NCBI GenBank assembly: GCA_030770535.1
Contig: JASVEC010000018.1
Span: 1 to 64,000 of the forward strand
Direction of reading: 5' to 3'
Origin: Batkoa obscura
Lineage: Eukaryota
Length of the DNA stretch: 64,000 nt
A program made the translations under genes and the position numbers. The notes under the pieces were generated by a model. That model ran no database searches, had not been told where the DNA came from, and worked only from the letters and a program-made list of their open reading frames with translations. The stretch's first letter is position 1; each line of letters starts with the position of its first letter. This document shows, piece by piece, positions 35,695 through 49,400 of the stretch.

Positions 35695-36532
35695 ATTTCC
35701 TTGGTGTGGTTATTTAATTGATACCAATAATTTACAAGTTTTATTAAATAATAATTCAGAATTAAATTTTAATACTTGTATTAATAGTTTTACAATGGAT
35801 TATACTAATGGGGCTACTAAAAAAGTTATACCAAAATTAATAAGGTAATTAAATATAATATATAATTATTGTTGTATAATAAATATAATATTAATGAAAT
35901 ATATAATAAATAGATTAATTGGATTAAAACTTCAAAATCAAATGTTTCAATTAAAAAACATAAAAAAGAATATGAAGTTTATAGAACCAAAGTTATTTCA
36001 AAATTATTACCAAACTCGAATGAAAGGAATTAAACATAATATTTATCATTTAATATTAAATATAATACAAAAATTAATAGTATTTATTAATAAATTGTCC
36101 TATAAATTAAATCTATCTGCTATGTTAAGTAGGTATTTTTTTAAAGTTAAATACAACTTCATATTAATATTTTAATTTTTAGATATTATTAAACAACTTA
36201 TATATAAAACATGGAAATATATTCAACCAAAAATCAACATTAATAGAGTCAATTTAATTTTATTAAAAAAAAAGAATGACAAACTAAATAACACTACAAT
36301 GAAATTAGAATCTATTACTTACATTACAATTCAAAAAATAGTTTTAATAATCTTTTCTAATATATTATTATTTCATAAAGATTATAAATTCAATAATACA
36401 CAATTAAAAAATCAATTGAAAAATTGGATTAAATCACAATTAATTAAATATTATTCATTAAATAAGAATATGAATTACTTACAATATAAACACTTTATAA
36501 AAAGAGTAGCTAAATCTTATTCTTTTAATTAA
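32356..36532 (+). CDS. TERT: Telomerase reverse transcriptase, multi-exon
   Basis: TEN (PWSWLL..IGSDIMVWLL, RQITGPPL), CP (LFDNYCP), QFP (EQIYKFV...LLPPYIFG), T motif (WLINDIV...FYVTE...YYRFDVW), motifs 1/2 (RFIPKNGGILRLITN), A (KVDIEQCYD), B' (GIPQGSIIS), C (LRMTDDFL), D (GCYINPTKT), E (FPWCG). Confidence 0.96.
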
Positions 36533-36612
36533 TATTAATAAATTTATCATTATGTATGTTTAATATCATTATGTTCTATTATATCAAATAATTTATTACT
36601 TTAATTTACTAG

Positions 36613-37637
36613 TTAACTACGAACTACCCAACAGAGTATAATAACAATACTACTAATAGATATGATAACAACTGACCTAAAATAAATAAATAAATATTAA
36701 TAAAAATAGCAATATATAATTAATAACTCTTACCAAATATAACCAAATAAATCTATTAATACTCCTACTTCAGGAATACCCGGTTGAGCTGCTCTAATAG
36801 CTGATATAGAAAACAACATAACTGGACCAAAAGTTAATAATGGAGCAGGGATAGTTACTTTATTCATAAAAATATTAGTAGCTAAACAAGCTAAACTAAT
36901 AGGTAAACACCATAATATTAAATGAATTAAAAAAGAAAAAAATATAGCTAAATTAGCTCTTTTCACTTTTAAACTTATAAAAAATAATGAAAACTCATTA
37001 GTTTTTAGTTCGGTTGAAAAATTAATATTGAACAGTTGATAAGAAATATCAGAGTCAAATTTGGTATCTAAAGTAATACTGTTATTGGTATATACTTTAA
37101 ATGGAAATGAACATTCGTATGAATCAAATGGATAATTATCTGGTTCACCTGTTTGAAAATCAATTAATGTACTTTGTTCTCTATTAAATAGATTGATAAA
37201 TAATAATATTAATTTTAAATACTATAAATTACATTGGTCTATCTTTATATAATTGATACGATTTTTTACTGTGATGAACTAAAATATTAACAGTTTCTAA
37301 AATAATTTAAAATTAATAATAAACTAAATTTATTTTAATTAAACTTAAACTCACCATTATTCCCTTTTATTTTTTCATATAAGTTATAACTTAATTTAAT
37401 ATTACTATTAATTTGAATTGTTCTTTCACTTGGGTTAATATCTTCAATGGTCAAATAAACTAATACACCTTCATATGATTTATTTTCTTCAATAAATTGA
37501 TTTAACGGTGACTTTTTATACCCTTTATTATTCTGTAAACCAGCAGAAATAGCAATTGTTATAATTATCATAAATGATAAAAAACTTATGAATTGACCTA
37601 ATTGAATTCTTTTGATTATATTCAATGATTGAAACAT
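36613..37637 (-). CDS. DUF4436-like membrane protein, multi-exon
   Basis: N-terminal TM, YPFDSY, and C-terminal TMs with LFSISAIRAAQPGIPEVGVLIDLFGYIW. Confidence 0.7.
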
Positions 37638-37811
37638 TATAATTAAAAATAAAAAATAAAAAAAAATCAATTTAACAGTTGTTCCTAATAAATATACATA
37701 AAGGGGGTTATATTTTAATGAACTAATATAATAAATGCAATTAATTAAACGACTAAATTTATAAAAAACCAAAATTTCGACATTTTATTTATCAAATTTA
37801 ATAAATAAACT

Positions 37812-38427
37812 ATGGGAAAAGACGAGTATATATTAAATATTGAAGATTTAGGGGATTTAAAGCCTTGTGTACCAATGGTAATCATATAAAATACATACTA
37901 TAAACTTCAGTATATTCAATTTAATAGTTTGGTCCAATTAATCTAAAAAATTTAACTCCAGGTGAAACCAAATTATATTGTCGATGTGGTTTGAGTAAAG
38001 ATTCTCCATGGTGTGATAGTAACTATTATTAATGATACATATTATTGATAATATTTATATTTAAAAGATAGTCATAAAGGTACTCCATTTAAACCAATGA
38101 AATGGAAAGTACCTGAGATAAATTCAAACTCTTCCATAGTATGTAATAGATTTAGTATATGTCATTGTAAATATACAAAGAAACCACCGTAAGTTTGATA
38201 ATAGTTATATAATAATCTGCTTAATCTATTTAAAAGTTTTTGTGATGGAACTCGTAATTTAAATAACTTATTTTTTAAATTTTTATAACCAATAAATAGA
38301 TTATGATTTGCCCATTCCATTTTTAAAAGCACATAAAAAATGTAATGAAGACCATGATAAGATTACAAAAATATGTCATCATTGTGGATATACGCCAGGC
38401 TTAGAATTGTCTTTAGAGGATGATTAA
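37812..38427 (+). CDS. Tandem CDGSH iron-sulfur (NEET, CISD3/MiNT-like) protein, multi-exon
   Basis: YCRCGLSKDSPWCD/SHK and ICHCKYTKKPP/FCDGT/H, i.e. two C-x-C...CDxSH motifs split by short introns. Confidence 0.8.
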
Positions 38428-38483
38428 ATAAAAACAATTAAAATCAAAATCAACTAATGAAATAATTTTAAATTAACTAGCTT

Positions 38484-40669
38484 TTATTTTATAGTAATTC
38501 GCTCAGCATCATTTTGATTTTCTTTTGAAAATATAAAATATTCAACCATATTATCTAAAGTGATACTTATATACTGTGTCTTATTATTGATATAGATAAT
38601 AGGAGTATCTTTTAATATTAAGGTAACTCCACTACAAAGCAGTTTTCGATGTCTTTTAAATATTTTCTTTTCAATCGAGCCCTGTATTTCCCCTAAATTT
38701 TAATCTAATGCTTCTTTTTAATATTACCTAACTATTATAAATTACCTGATGGATCAGCTAATAATACATTAGCATGGTCATCTTTATTAATAATTTGTTT
38801 TATCACAACAGCCAAGTTTGGTATCATTAAATCAAACTGATACTCACCTTTAAATATCCTTGAAATGGAATGGGTTAATATTCCATTAAACTCATTATTG
38901 TTTGAAAGTATAAACTTCAAATAATTTGATGCTAAATAAATATTAGCATTCAATAAAATATGTTATAGTATATTAGAAACTTACGTAAATATTCTGGGAA
39001 ATCATTCGATTTTAAAAAATGAATCCATGTACTTGTTTGAAAAAACAAGTCTTGACCAACTAACTCTTCATTGTATGACTCATCAACAATACCATTTCTT
39101 TCTCTTTCTAGTCTTTTTGATTTTTTTAATGACAATAATCCAGCAGGTCCAGGCGGTCTCTTTCTTCCATTTAAATAAGGTAAATCTAAATTCATTTTAG
39201 AAATATCATTGTTATCAAGTTTAATAATATTTGATTGGAAACTAGTATCATTTTCATCCAAATCTGAGTTGATGTTATTTCTAGTAAAGTAGCCTAAGCT
39301 GGAGGCATTTCTACTAATTTGAGAATTATTATTGTAATTGCTACTTTTAGGTGTCCTTGATCCTTGATTTCCATTTATTTGTGTTACATTTTCGTTAACT
39401 GAAATAGTTTCTCTTCTGTTAGAATTATTATTTTGATTTCTTTGACTTAATATATCCACATTTATATTGGGATGACCTTCTTGAGTCAATGTGTTCTTAT
39501 TTACAGTTTGGCTACTTCTTTGAGTTAATATGTTCTCGCTTATATCAAAATGTTCCTCTTGACTTAATGTGTTATCGTTTACACTACCTTCCCTTCTTTG
39601 ACTTGATATATCATCCTTTGTGTTTTGATTGTTTTTCTGGGTTAATATATCCTTATTTATATTAAGATAACTCTTTTGGGTTAATTTATTGACGTCTATA
39701 CTTCTTGACTTCGAAATATTATTTTTGTATATATATGTATCAACCTTGGGATTTATCTTACTACTAATTGGAAGCCTATTTTGGCTATCATTTTGACTTA
39801 GTGGTAATTTATCTAAAATTTTGTTGGTTTCTATGCTTTTAGTGGTATCTTCAGTAATATTCTTTTTATTTGTAAATGCAAATTTTAATAACTTTTCTTT
39901 CAATTTCAATTCTACATTTGTAACGCTCTCTGTATCAGATTGATTATCCCTTTTTGTTTGCTCCTTTTTATCATCAGCATTAAAATTATTTGTATTGCTA
40001 TTAAAACAAGTGTTAGGGTCTCTACTATTATTTTTTTGTTGATTTAAATATACAATAGTATTTGTTTCTATCGTTTTGTTTTTTATAAAAGGAGCTTGAG
40101 TACTTTTATTATTTGTATTTTGATTATTTTGATTACTTTTATTATTTTGAATACATAAAATATCATTATCTATTGTACTATTACGTTCTTCATCATTTTT
40201 GTTATTACATTGAATTTCATTTGTTAAATCCATGTTTGATTGCTCTATTTTCTTAGTAACTGTATTTGGTGCTAAAATTAACTCAGTTTCATTTTGAAGT
40301 TCGTCTAAAAAGCTCAAATCAACTTCATTTACCACTTGTTTCTCTTTTTTCTTTTGTATTGTGGTTTGCTCATCATTATTAATATCATTTAAGAAATCCA
40401 AAAAATCATCCTCTTCATCTCTAACTATAATTGTTCGATTAAACTTGTTATTATGTTATTATCTTTATTTTTATTTTTTTATTACCTTGGGTTCCAACAA
40501 TACTTTGTGATAAATGGTTTTCATTCTCTCCATCTACAGTACTAGGATTAACTTGAGTATCACTTACTTGTTGTTTCTTTTTTTCATTTTTTTTTCTTAA
40601 AAATTCTAAAGCCTTTAAATTATCATTAGTTTGATTATAATAATATTGACTATAATGGATACATTCCAC
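38484..40669 (-). CDS. HROB/C17orf53 (MCM8IP)-like OB-fold protein; 5' exon uncertain
   Basis: Long disordered region, RPPGPAGLL, then an OB fold IPNLAVVIK...VLLADPSGEIQGSI...GVTLILKD...YISITLDN. Confidence 0.7.
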
Positions 40670-40914
40670 ATTGTAGTATAAATATAATTGACTTGCTTTA
40701 CAAATATTAGAATAAAAAATGAAAAATCAATTTGCTAAATTGGTAAATTTAAGGTTAAAGTTTAGACTATGATTGGAGTAGTAATTTAATGCAAAAAAAC
40801 GAACCTATTTTTATAGAATAGTGTGTTAAAAATAATATGATAATACAACTATTGAATGTTTACATAAGTTTATTTTTACTTGCTATTTAAGTTCAATAAT
40901 TTAGAAACAAATTG

Positions 40915-41250
40915 ATTGAAAGTAGAACAACAAAAACGATAAGAAAAAAGGGACTCATACCTTATGGTTACATCGATAATACTAAATATAAAAGATGATT
41001 GATTATGACCTTACTCAAGGAACTTTTAAACATGAACATTCTCTAGGTTATCATAAACTTTAGATCATTGTGATAACTATTACAAGATATATTAAAAATT
41101 AGATAAGATCGATAGATGGAAATGAAGTGAAGCACAATAAAAAATTACCACTCGATCCAGACATGTATATGTTAACTACTTGGTATAGAAATGAAATAAT
41201 TTGTGAGTTTCTTCAAATATAAATTGTTCAACAGAAGATCCTAAGTTAGT
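40915..41250 (+). pseudogene. Highly decayed Ty1/copia RNase H-like relic
   Basis: Across frameshifts: *LIMTLLKELL, HCDN, TTRSRHVYVNY, CSTED, in the order of copia WL..LL.EL / CDN / RTKHIDxRY / TxxQxAD. Confidence 0.4.
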
Positions 41251-41543
41251 TCCTTAATTCCAATAAAACAAATGAGATAAATTAACTTTGTATTGTAAAT
41301 TTTTTTTTAGTTAAGCTTAATATCATTGTTCTATGGCTATATATTAATACGATTAGCTTTTTTGATCAATAAACTATTTTATTTTAAAATTATATTTTAC
41401 ATTAGATACTATAAGCTTGTTTTATTAGCTTAATTTCCTATTTTGGCTATCCCTATTTTCAACATAAATATGTTAAAATGCACAATTTAACCAAATGAAT
41501 AAAGTTGTGATGTAAGCAAAAATAAATATCGCTTTTTAATAAA

Positions 41544-42842
41544 ATGAGTGGAAAAAGGTATGCAACACATTCAGGCTCTTGGTACAGCGATAGCAGTATT
41601 TTACATTATCTATGTTTAACCTAAAGCTAATAAGATCCTTAAGAGTCTGTATTATCAAATCAATTACAGACTTGGTTAGATAAAGTGCCAAGTGCTACTG
41701 AAGAAAGTATAAGTATTCCCGTCAATGGTGCTACTGCTATCATTGTGCCGTAAGTTGAGTTGGAGCTAAATAATAATTTTATTTTAATTAATAATAGACA
41801 TGCTGGATATTCTTATTCCGGAGAAACAGCAGCCCATGCATTTAAATGTGTTGACATTACAAAATTGTAAAGTTCACATATAAAACTAAATTTCAATCTA
41901 ATAATTTAAAGTGATAAAATATTCATCTTGGGGCCATCCCATCACTCTTATTTCAAAGAATGTCGTTTAAGTCCTTTTAAACATTATTCAACACCATTAG
42001 GGGATATTAAAATAGATTTAGAAAGTAGATAACTTATTAATTATACTTAATTTACAGTTGCTAACAAAACTAAAGTAAATAAGGAATTGGCTGATAGCAA
42101 ACATTTCTCATATTTAGATGGAACTGTTGATGAAGAAGAACATAGTTTAGAAATGCAGCTTCCTTACCTTTATAAGATTTTTGAAGATCGGTAACTTTAT
42201 ATACCTTATTTTGACTTGACTTACAGTTAGTATTGATGAGGTAGCTTTGATACCCATCATGGTAGGAAGTATAAACAGTTCTTTAGAAAAAAAGTATGGT
42301 GAGTTATTAAGTCCTTATTTCAAAGAGTCCCGTAACTTGTTTGTTATATCATCTGATTTTTGTCATTGGTAAATAATAACATTAAAATTAGAATATATAT
42401 TAAAATTAATAGGGGCTCACGTTTCAGTTATACATTTTATTCCAGTTCAAAGACACCAAGTTCTGACCCTGATGATTTTGATACATGTACAAATAGACCC
42501 TTTAAGCTTTATGAGGCTATAGAAAACCTTGATCGTGAAGGGATGAATATTATTGAAGCTATTGATTTTGACCAATTTAAACAATACTTACAAACAACTG
42601 GGAACACTATTTGCGGAAGGCATCCTATCTCTATTTTATTAGCTATTTTAGAACATACTTTCCCTAAAATTAGTCGTAATCCTATCTCAGATCAAGGTAT
42701 TACCGATGGTCAATATTCTGGTTCGGTGCCAATTTTGAAGTTTATCTACTATGCTCAATCTTCTCAAATTACTTCAAAACGTGATTCTTCTGTCTCTTAT
42801 GCTGCTGGTTATGTTTTCAATCCTATCACCTTAAATAAATAA
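41544..42842 (+). CDS. MEMO1: MEMO1/Mho1 family protein, multi-exon
   Basis: ATHSGSWY, PHAGYSYSG, ILGPSHH, EEHSLEMQLP, ISSDFCHWG, NTICGRHPI, SSVSYAA. Confidence 0.95.
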
Positions 42843-42921
42843 TGGTGTTATGAGCTAATATTTCCAAATATTAAGTACATGCTTAAGTCTATGATGCTGC
42901 TGATTTTTGTTTAAAATAACT

Positions 42922-43020
42922 CGGGATATATTTTTGTGTTTAAGGATTTTATTAAGGACTTTTCCGCTCAAATAGCACTTAAAAAACGGAAAAAGTGATA
43001 AAGCCAAAAAAAACACATTC
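42922..43020 (+). mobile_element. ~97-bp MITE copy
   Basis: Matches the consensus, flanks AACT/AATT. Confidence 0.8.
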
Positions 43021-43264
43021 AATTAATATTTATAGTTTAATGTTTAAGATTATAGAGATATTGTCTTATCTAATCGACTTGTTTAACTACCCAAATTATT
43101 TACTTTGAAACCGTTAGATTTAAAAATATGTAAAGAAAATTGATTCAAAACTGGATGAGCTTTATTGAGTATATTATTTAAGAAACTCAAGTAGATTAAA
43201 ATATAAAACAATGAATGGAATGATAAACACCATAAAATAAGATCCAATTAAACTAATTGATTAT

Positions 43265-43763
43265 TTAAAATGATTCACTATATTTGCCCTTTTTACGCTT
43301 ATGCATATGCTCAGTATTAGATTCCCCCCTGTATTTCTTCTTACTAGCCAACTTTTTACGACGAATACAACGAGGACAAGTCCAATATTCTGGAGCGTCG
43401 CTCTCGGTTGGAAAATTCAAACATAAACCATGGAACCACTGGTTACACTCATCACATGCAAGCATAAACCCATCGTTTGCAGCGAAATTAGCGCAAAAGC
43501 AGTTAGTAGCATCCTCAGTTACATTGTCATAACCTCGAGTAAAGTCTACGACTGGTGTGTAGATGGGCTGGATATCGCCAGTAATATTTTCAATCTTTGG
43601 TGCTTTTGTTGCTACTTTAGGTTTAAGTTGATTATCATTTGTCACACATTCATTATTACCAGAGGGTACTTTTTTAGGTACTACAGGCTTTTGCTTTCCA
43701 TCAGTGCTTCCTAAGTTAAGCTTAAATGTTATTTTTGGTAAAGTAGGCTTTTCTAGGACAGGG

Positions 43764-43795
<32 letters not shown>

Positions 43796-45709
43796 GTTAT
43801 CATCTGATGATGAATAAGGTGATATTTCTGCGGGGTCGCCAATATAGTCTGAATCTTTCGGAGGAAGGCGGTGCCTTACGTGGTTTACGCTTTTAATATC
43901 TTTTTCTTTATTAAGTAATATAGAGGGTCTCCTTGGAAGTTTATTGGGCTTTGGACTTTTTAATACAACATTTGAGCTATCACTATTTAAGTTGAATGTA
44001 ACCTTTGACTTGCTTTTTGAAGTAGACAGTCTATTTTTTGAATATGATGGTGATGTAATATCATTAACATTTTTGGATCCACCTCTTGGATCTATTTCAG
44101 TTGAGCTAGTTGTACATGAGCTTATTTGAACCTCCTCTTCTATAGGTGACATAGTATCCATTGAGCCTTTATTACGGTTGAGTTTTCCTTGAGAGGGAGG
44201 TAAGCTCTTCTTAAAATCCTTACCATTGAAATTCTTTGGGGTATGGTTTAAAGAGGATTTGTCGTGAAGATTAGTTTTAATTAAATTGTGTTGTTTATTT
44301 ATAATGACTGGCTTCTTTTTAATTTCTACATTACCTTTTTTTATTACTTTAGAACCATTTTTCGTGTTCTGAATTTGACTTGTTAAATGTATTTTCTTTA
44401 GATTTATGCTATTCTTTTTGCTTAAATTATGTTCAGATTTAAATTGGTGATCCTCCTTTTCATGGGCTTTAAAAGCCTTTTTTGATGTCCCGTTAGCTGA
44501 AGGAATTGCATTTGTTGGAATTATTAAACGTAGCTGTGGCTTGGGCGGTAGTGGCTTCAATCTTTCAATTTCTTCTGGCGTCAACCATGAAGGAAAGGGG
44601 GCTTCACTTAATGATTTAAATTCATTCTCTGAAAGCTTTTCCGCTACTACTGAGAATTTCGACTGTGTGGAAGTAAGAGCGGTTTCAGAAAATATTTTTT
44701 TAAGTGGAGTTTGAAAGCTGATGATGTCATCACCAGCCGTAGGAGGATTACTTATAGGTGGTTCAATGCTTTGAAGGCATGAGTTGAACGGGCTTTCTTT
44801 ATTGAACTTTGCAAGATCAGTTTTGTCGCCTTTTAAGCGTTGATAGGCACGTTTATAGAAATCGTCATGTTGTGCAACAATAGAAATCTCTTTTCTGACA
44901 TCATTATCATTGTCTAACTCTTTTCTTCTTTCTAAAAGAGATTCCCATACTTTTTCTGCGTCTATACCAATTGATGGATGTGAGTTAAGATGATCTTTAA
45001 AGTTGATTCGTTTTTGAAAAACTGAATTTTGGCGTTTTATTCGGTTAATGGGGAGTTCATTATTTTTTGGAACTATTGGATTGGAGAATGGAGTTGGTTT
45101 AGGGGTCTCTTCACTTATACTTGCTTCCATCTGAGTATCAATCTTCTTATTCGGTAGAAAATTTTCGATATTATCTTCAGGAGTATTAATTGGAATTATT
45201 TCATCAACTAAATCTGGTATAGTAACCTCCAAAATCCTTTTATTTTCCTCAAGGATAAGCTCCTCTATACCATCACTCCTACTTATATCTTTGAATTCAT
45301 AGATTGTTTTGCCTTTTTCAACTTTTTTATCTAAAATTTAAATTAAACGAAGTTAATTTTTCATAGCTAAAAAAATACCTTGAATTGTTTCCTTTGTAAC
45401 GCTCATTGAAGCAATCTTATTTAACCTTATATTATGAATACCAAATGTATAAAGATCATTGATATTTACTGAATTGTTTTCAAGTGCGCTAATAACGTCA
45501 AATGCGTTTGGCTCACTGCGACCAGATATTTCTGCTAACTTCTTAGCTTCAAATGACATTTCTGACAAATAAAGCTGGGTTACTTGCGATAAAATATCAA
45601 GCGTTGATTCTGAGGCCGTTGGAATAGGGATACCACGTCTTAGTTGTTGCTGTTGTAATACTCGAGCAGCTGCTCTCCTTACCAATTCATTGTGAAATGA
45701 ATCAGACAT
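43265..45709 (-). CDS. TAF3: TAF3-like protein: N-terminal Bromo_TP histone fold plus C-terminal PHD finger, 2 exons
   Basis: Exon 1 LDILSQV...AKKLAEISGRSEPNAFDV..AL histone fold, short intron ~45331-45378, C-terminal CFC...MLACDECNQWFHGLC...WTCPRC. Confidence 0.78.
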
Positions 45710-46478
45710 TTACCTTTTTTATTAAAATTAAGATAGAAATAAATAAATTCTTTAATTTCTAAAGACAGAAGGAAGCAAAAATTAAAAGTAAAATATTTAC
45801 GCTTTTTATTAGCCAATCATAATATTCTAACAAACTTTGAGTTAAATTGGCTAACAATTCTTTAATTAGCTCTACGTAATAATCATAATGGAACTTTTAT
45901 TATAAATATATAAAATTTGTTTATTTTATATTATTGAATAAAAGATACACTTCAAGTTATTGTCATAATAAAGTAGACAAAGTTAAAATTTTAAGCATTT
46001 GTATTTTTATGCTTAGCTACTTTTTCAAGAAATACAGTTTAGCCTTATTGTATAATAACAGTGAATATTATACATCTACTTATTTTATCAAGCTATCATA
46101 TTTTACTCAATTTATAATATTTTATATTAAATTTTAATTTTAAACTGTTTCTGAATAATTGTGACATAATAAAATGGCTACTATAGTTTCTTAATCTAGA
46201 AATGATATTATTTTTTACATCTTTATGTTTTATTATTTGATTTGAGATAAATACAAATTGTAGATAACGTTAATTAAACCATAAGATAATTTATTAATAA
46301 TGCATTTTATTTTGGACATTGTTAAATTTATTCTAACAATTGAATTTTGGAAATACATTAAAAATAATAAATAAAGCCGTGAATATCCAATCCTCAGAGA
46401 TCTTCAATGTAATTTTTAATGAATTTAATTATTGAATAATATATTAGATCATATATTATAATAATTATCGTAGATTAA

Positions 46479-49400
46479 TTATTGATTGTTGTTTGATATT
46501 GAAAACATTTCTGTCACTCTCATATTGGAGCCTTCTAAACTAAAGTATACCCTATGCCAATTATCACCATGATTTAATTGATGAGTTGAAACTAATGGAA
46601 GTGCACGGTTTTCTACTATTAGCTCTCGTTTCAAAGGAGGTGGAAAGTTAAATTGCATGATGTTTGGGGCTAAAGTTGGCTCAAAGCGCGCTATAATGTA
46701 TGTTTTATTAATGGTGTTTCTTTAAAAATAAAAGCTTACCTAATGGTGGAATGAACGAATTTTGCCTTGTATTATTAAATAGCTTCATTACTGATTCTCT
46801 CTCATCCCCTTCTTTCACCAACACTGGAGATCCACACGGTGGATTTAGAAGGAGTTCAATCAGTTTATAATGATTTCCAAGCTTATAATTATATTAATAA
46901 TTTAAACTTTAATGATCATAGATTATACCTTATTTATAAGTGATATGGCCCTTCCAAAATTTACTTCCAAATCTTTAATGTCGTCTAATATATTATCAAA
47001 TTCATGGTAATCCAAACTTAATCATATAATTAATTTGAAAGTTATAAAAAATAATAAGGGTTACTCTTGATGTTGCCAAGGGAACCCCATCAATTCATTC
47101 CCAAACGAATTTATCTTAGTTTGGAGGTGCTTTAATCCAGTAAAGTGTTCTTTTGGAATACTGTTCAATAAAGTATCATATGTAATTAAAAATATAGTTG
47201 GTAGTAAACTTATAAGAGTTAATATGTTAGTATAAAGAAATTAAAATACTCACAGATGATACAAATCCTCTATTGAAATATTTTCAATATAATGCAAAGC
47301 CTAGTTGTTGAGTCAACTTGAATTATATTTTTATATATACTATTAAATACCTTTTCTCCTTCAGACATATAGTCAAAAAGAGGCTTTTGAAGATATACTG
47401 GAATTGGCTTTGCTTTCTAATATTTTTATGTCATATTATTTACAATTGGTATAATATCAAATTCAACTTACAGCCCATAATTCTTGCCAAAGATTGTCTG
47501 GATTTTCCATTCTTGCTGAAAGCTTGCCATTAAGTTCTTTTACTCTTGATTCAGTCATAACGTTATCATCTTTATCGCCTACTACCCAATCTCTAGGAGA
47601 ATGCCATCTTACAAAGTCAATTAAGCACGATTTTGGGTTGGCTGCTTTGAATGCCTCCATATCTTAATATAATGTTAAAAGTTGTTTCAAATAATATTTC
47701 AAGTAATTACCAGAAAGTAACTGGGCTCCTTGTAATTGAGCTCTTCTTCTCGCGCCAGTCTCTGAGGTTCCTAGTTTTTCAAAAAGCTGGGCTTGATCTA
47801 GCAGCATGTCCTCTGACATTACTCCAGGGTCCTATTAAAATTTATTACTATATGGTCATAAGATAAAAAAGTATAAAATATTACCTGTGTTATGGGTATA
47901 TATATTGGCTCATCATGCTTTAAAAGCCTACAGCTTTCTAAAACCTTCAATCTCCCTTGAGGCTCATTATTCATTACATTACTGGATTGTTTTCCTATTG
48001 AATTAACTTTTGGAGAAGCTGATGCAAATACAATATCAGAAACCGAGTTATATGAACTAATACTCGAAGGACAATGTAATTGTACAAAGCTTTCTGCCGC
48101 TAAGCTATTTTCTCTTACCACTGATTGATTAAAAACTTTATGACTATGTCCATTTTTATTAACTGGTACTGGGAATGATTTTTTCTCAAATGAACTTTCT
48201 TTTTCGCTTATATTTTGACTATGATATTTTATATCTTCAGTGTATGAGTCAATAGAGTCTTTCTAGAATAAATTTAGTAATATATTTAGTATCCAAAAAA
48301 TGATCAAATTTACTGGATAACTACTTGGTGGAGACACAAGCTCAGGAGAACCCTGTAAAGCATTGTATGCTAAACTTTTACAACTTTTGGATGAAATGGA
48401 TAAAGAGCCTAAATTTTCTTCGAGTTGGTTATTGATATCATTACTATTTGTTTCCTTTTGTTCTGTTTGAATTTTATCGTTCCAGAATGATTGTAGTGAA
48501 GATATATCACCTTTAACAAATTGACCTTTAGGTGAAGGGTCATGGCTTAAATCAGAAATTGGCTCGCGCTTACTTAACCTTCTAAAATTTGATGGAAATG
48601 ATGATGAGTTTGAATTACTTTTATCAGCTTCTTTAATTTTATTTTTATTTTTAGGTGTTTGAAAGAAATTTTTATTAGAGCGATCAATGCAATAATTTAA
48701 CATTGATATTTTTTGGTGTAAAATGTTAAATCTTAGATCGACTTCATATTTTCCTTCATTATGTGGAGTATTTACATTTGGAATAATTGTCTTGTTTTCC
48801 CAATAACTTCTTAACATTCGAACTATCTCATTCCATGCTGCCCTAAGTATTGAATTTAAATCTAACTTTTTATAATCATCTGAAGTAGATACCATAATTA
48901 GACAATTATATATCAACTTCCATAGAAAGGATTGATATGGAACAGCTCTTGAGCTAAAAAAGTTAAAGGCTAAATAAGGAGTAGATAGTACGTCGTCCAA
49001 ATTGGAGCTTTTTCTGAAATTGACAGACTTTGTACATGTATAAGTTACTTCATTGAAAAGAGAATGTATAATCTTTTCAGTTAATTTAGAAATGGAATAT
49101 TTACTATAGTTCAATGGGGAAGATATGTTGATAGAGGTATTCGAATTACGTCTCACATGGGATATTTCTTCATTTTCCATAGAAAACATAAAATTACTAT
49201 CTGAATCTGACCAAGAGTTTATAATATCTTTTAAATTTCTACTTAATAGAAGCCATTCTTCTTTTGGTTCCCTAAACTGAGCATATATATGAATATAACT
49301 GGCTATACTTGGAGTTAATTCAAGATCGCTGGAATATTCACTTTGTGGAAAGCTAGCTAAAATCTGGAAAGATCTTAGTGGATCACATGTAGGACCCCAC

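Noticed and set aside
34826..35848. RT motifs read as a retrotransposon or Penelope-like element
   Set aside because: TERT-specific TEN, CP, QFP and T motifs and spliceosomal introns identify it as telomerase.
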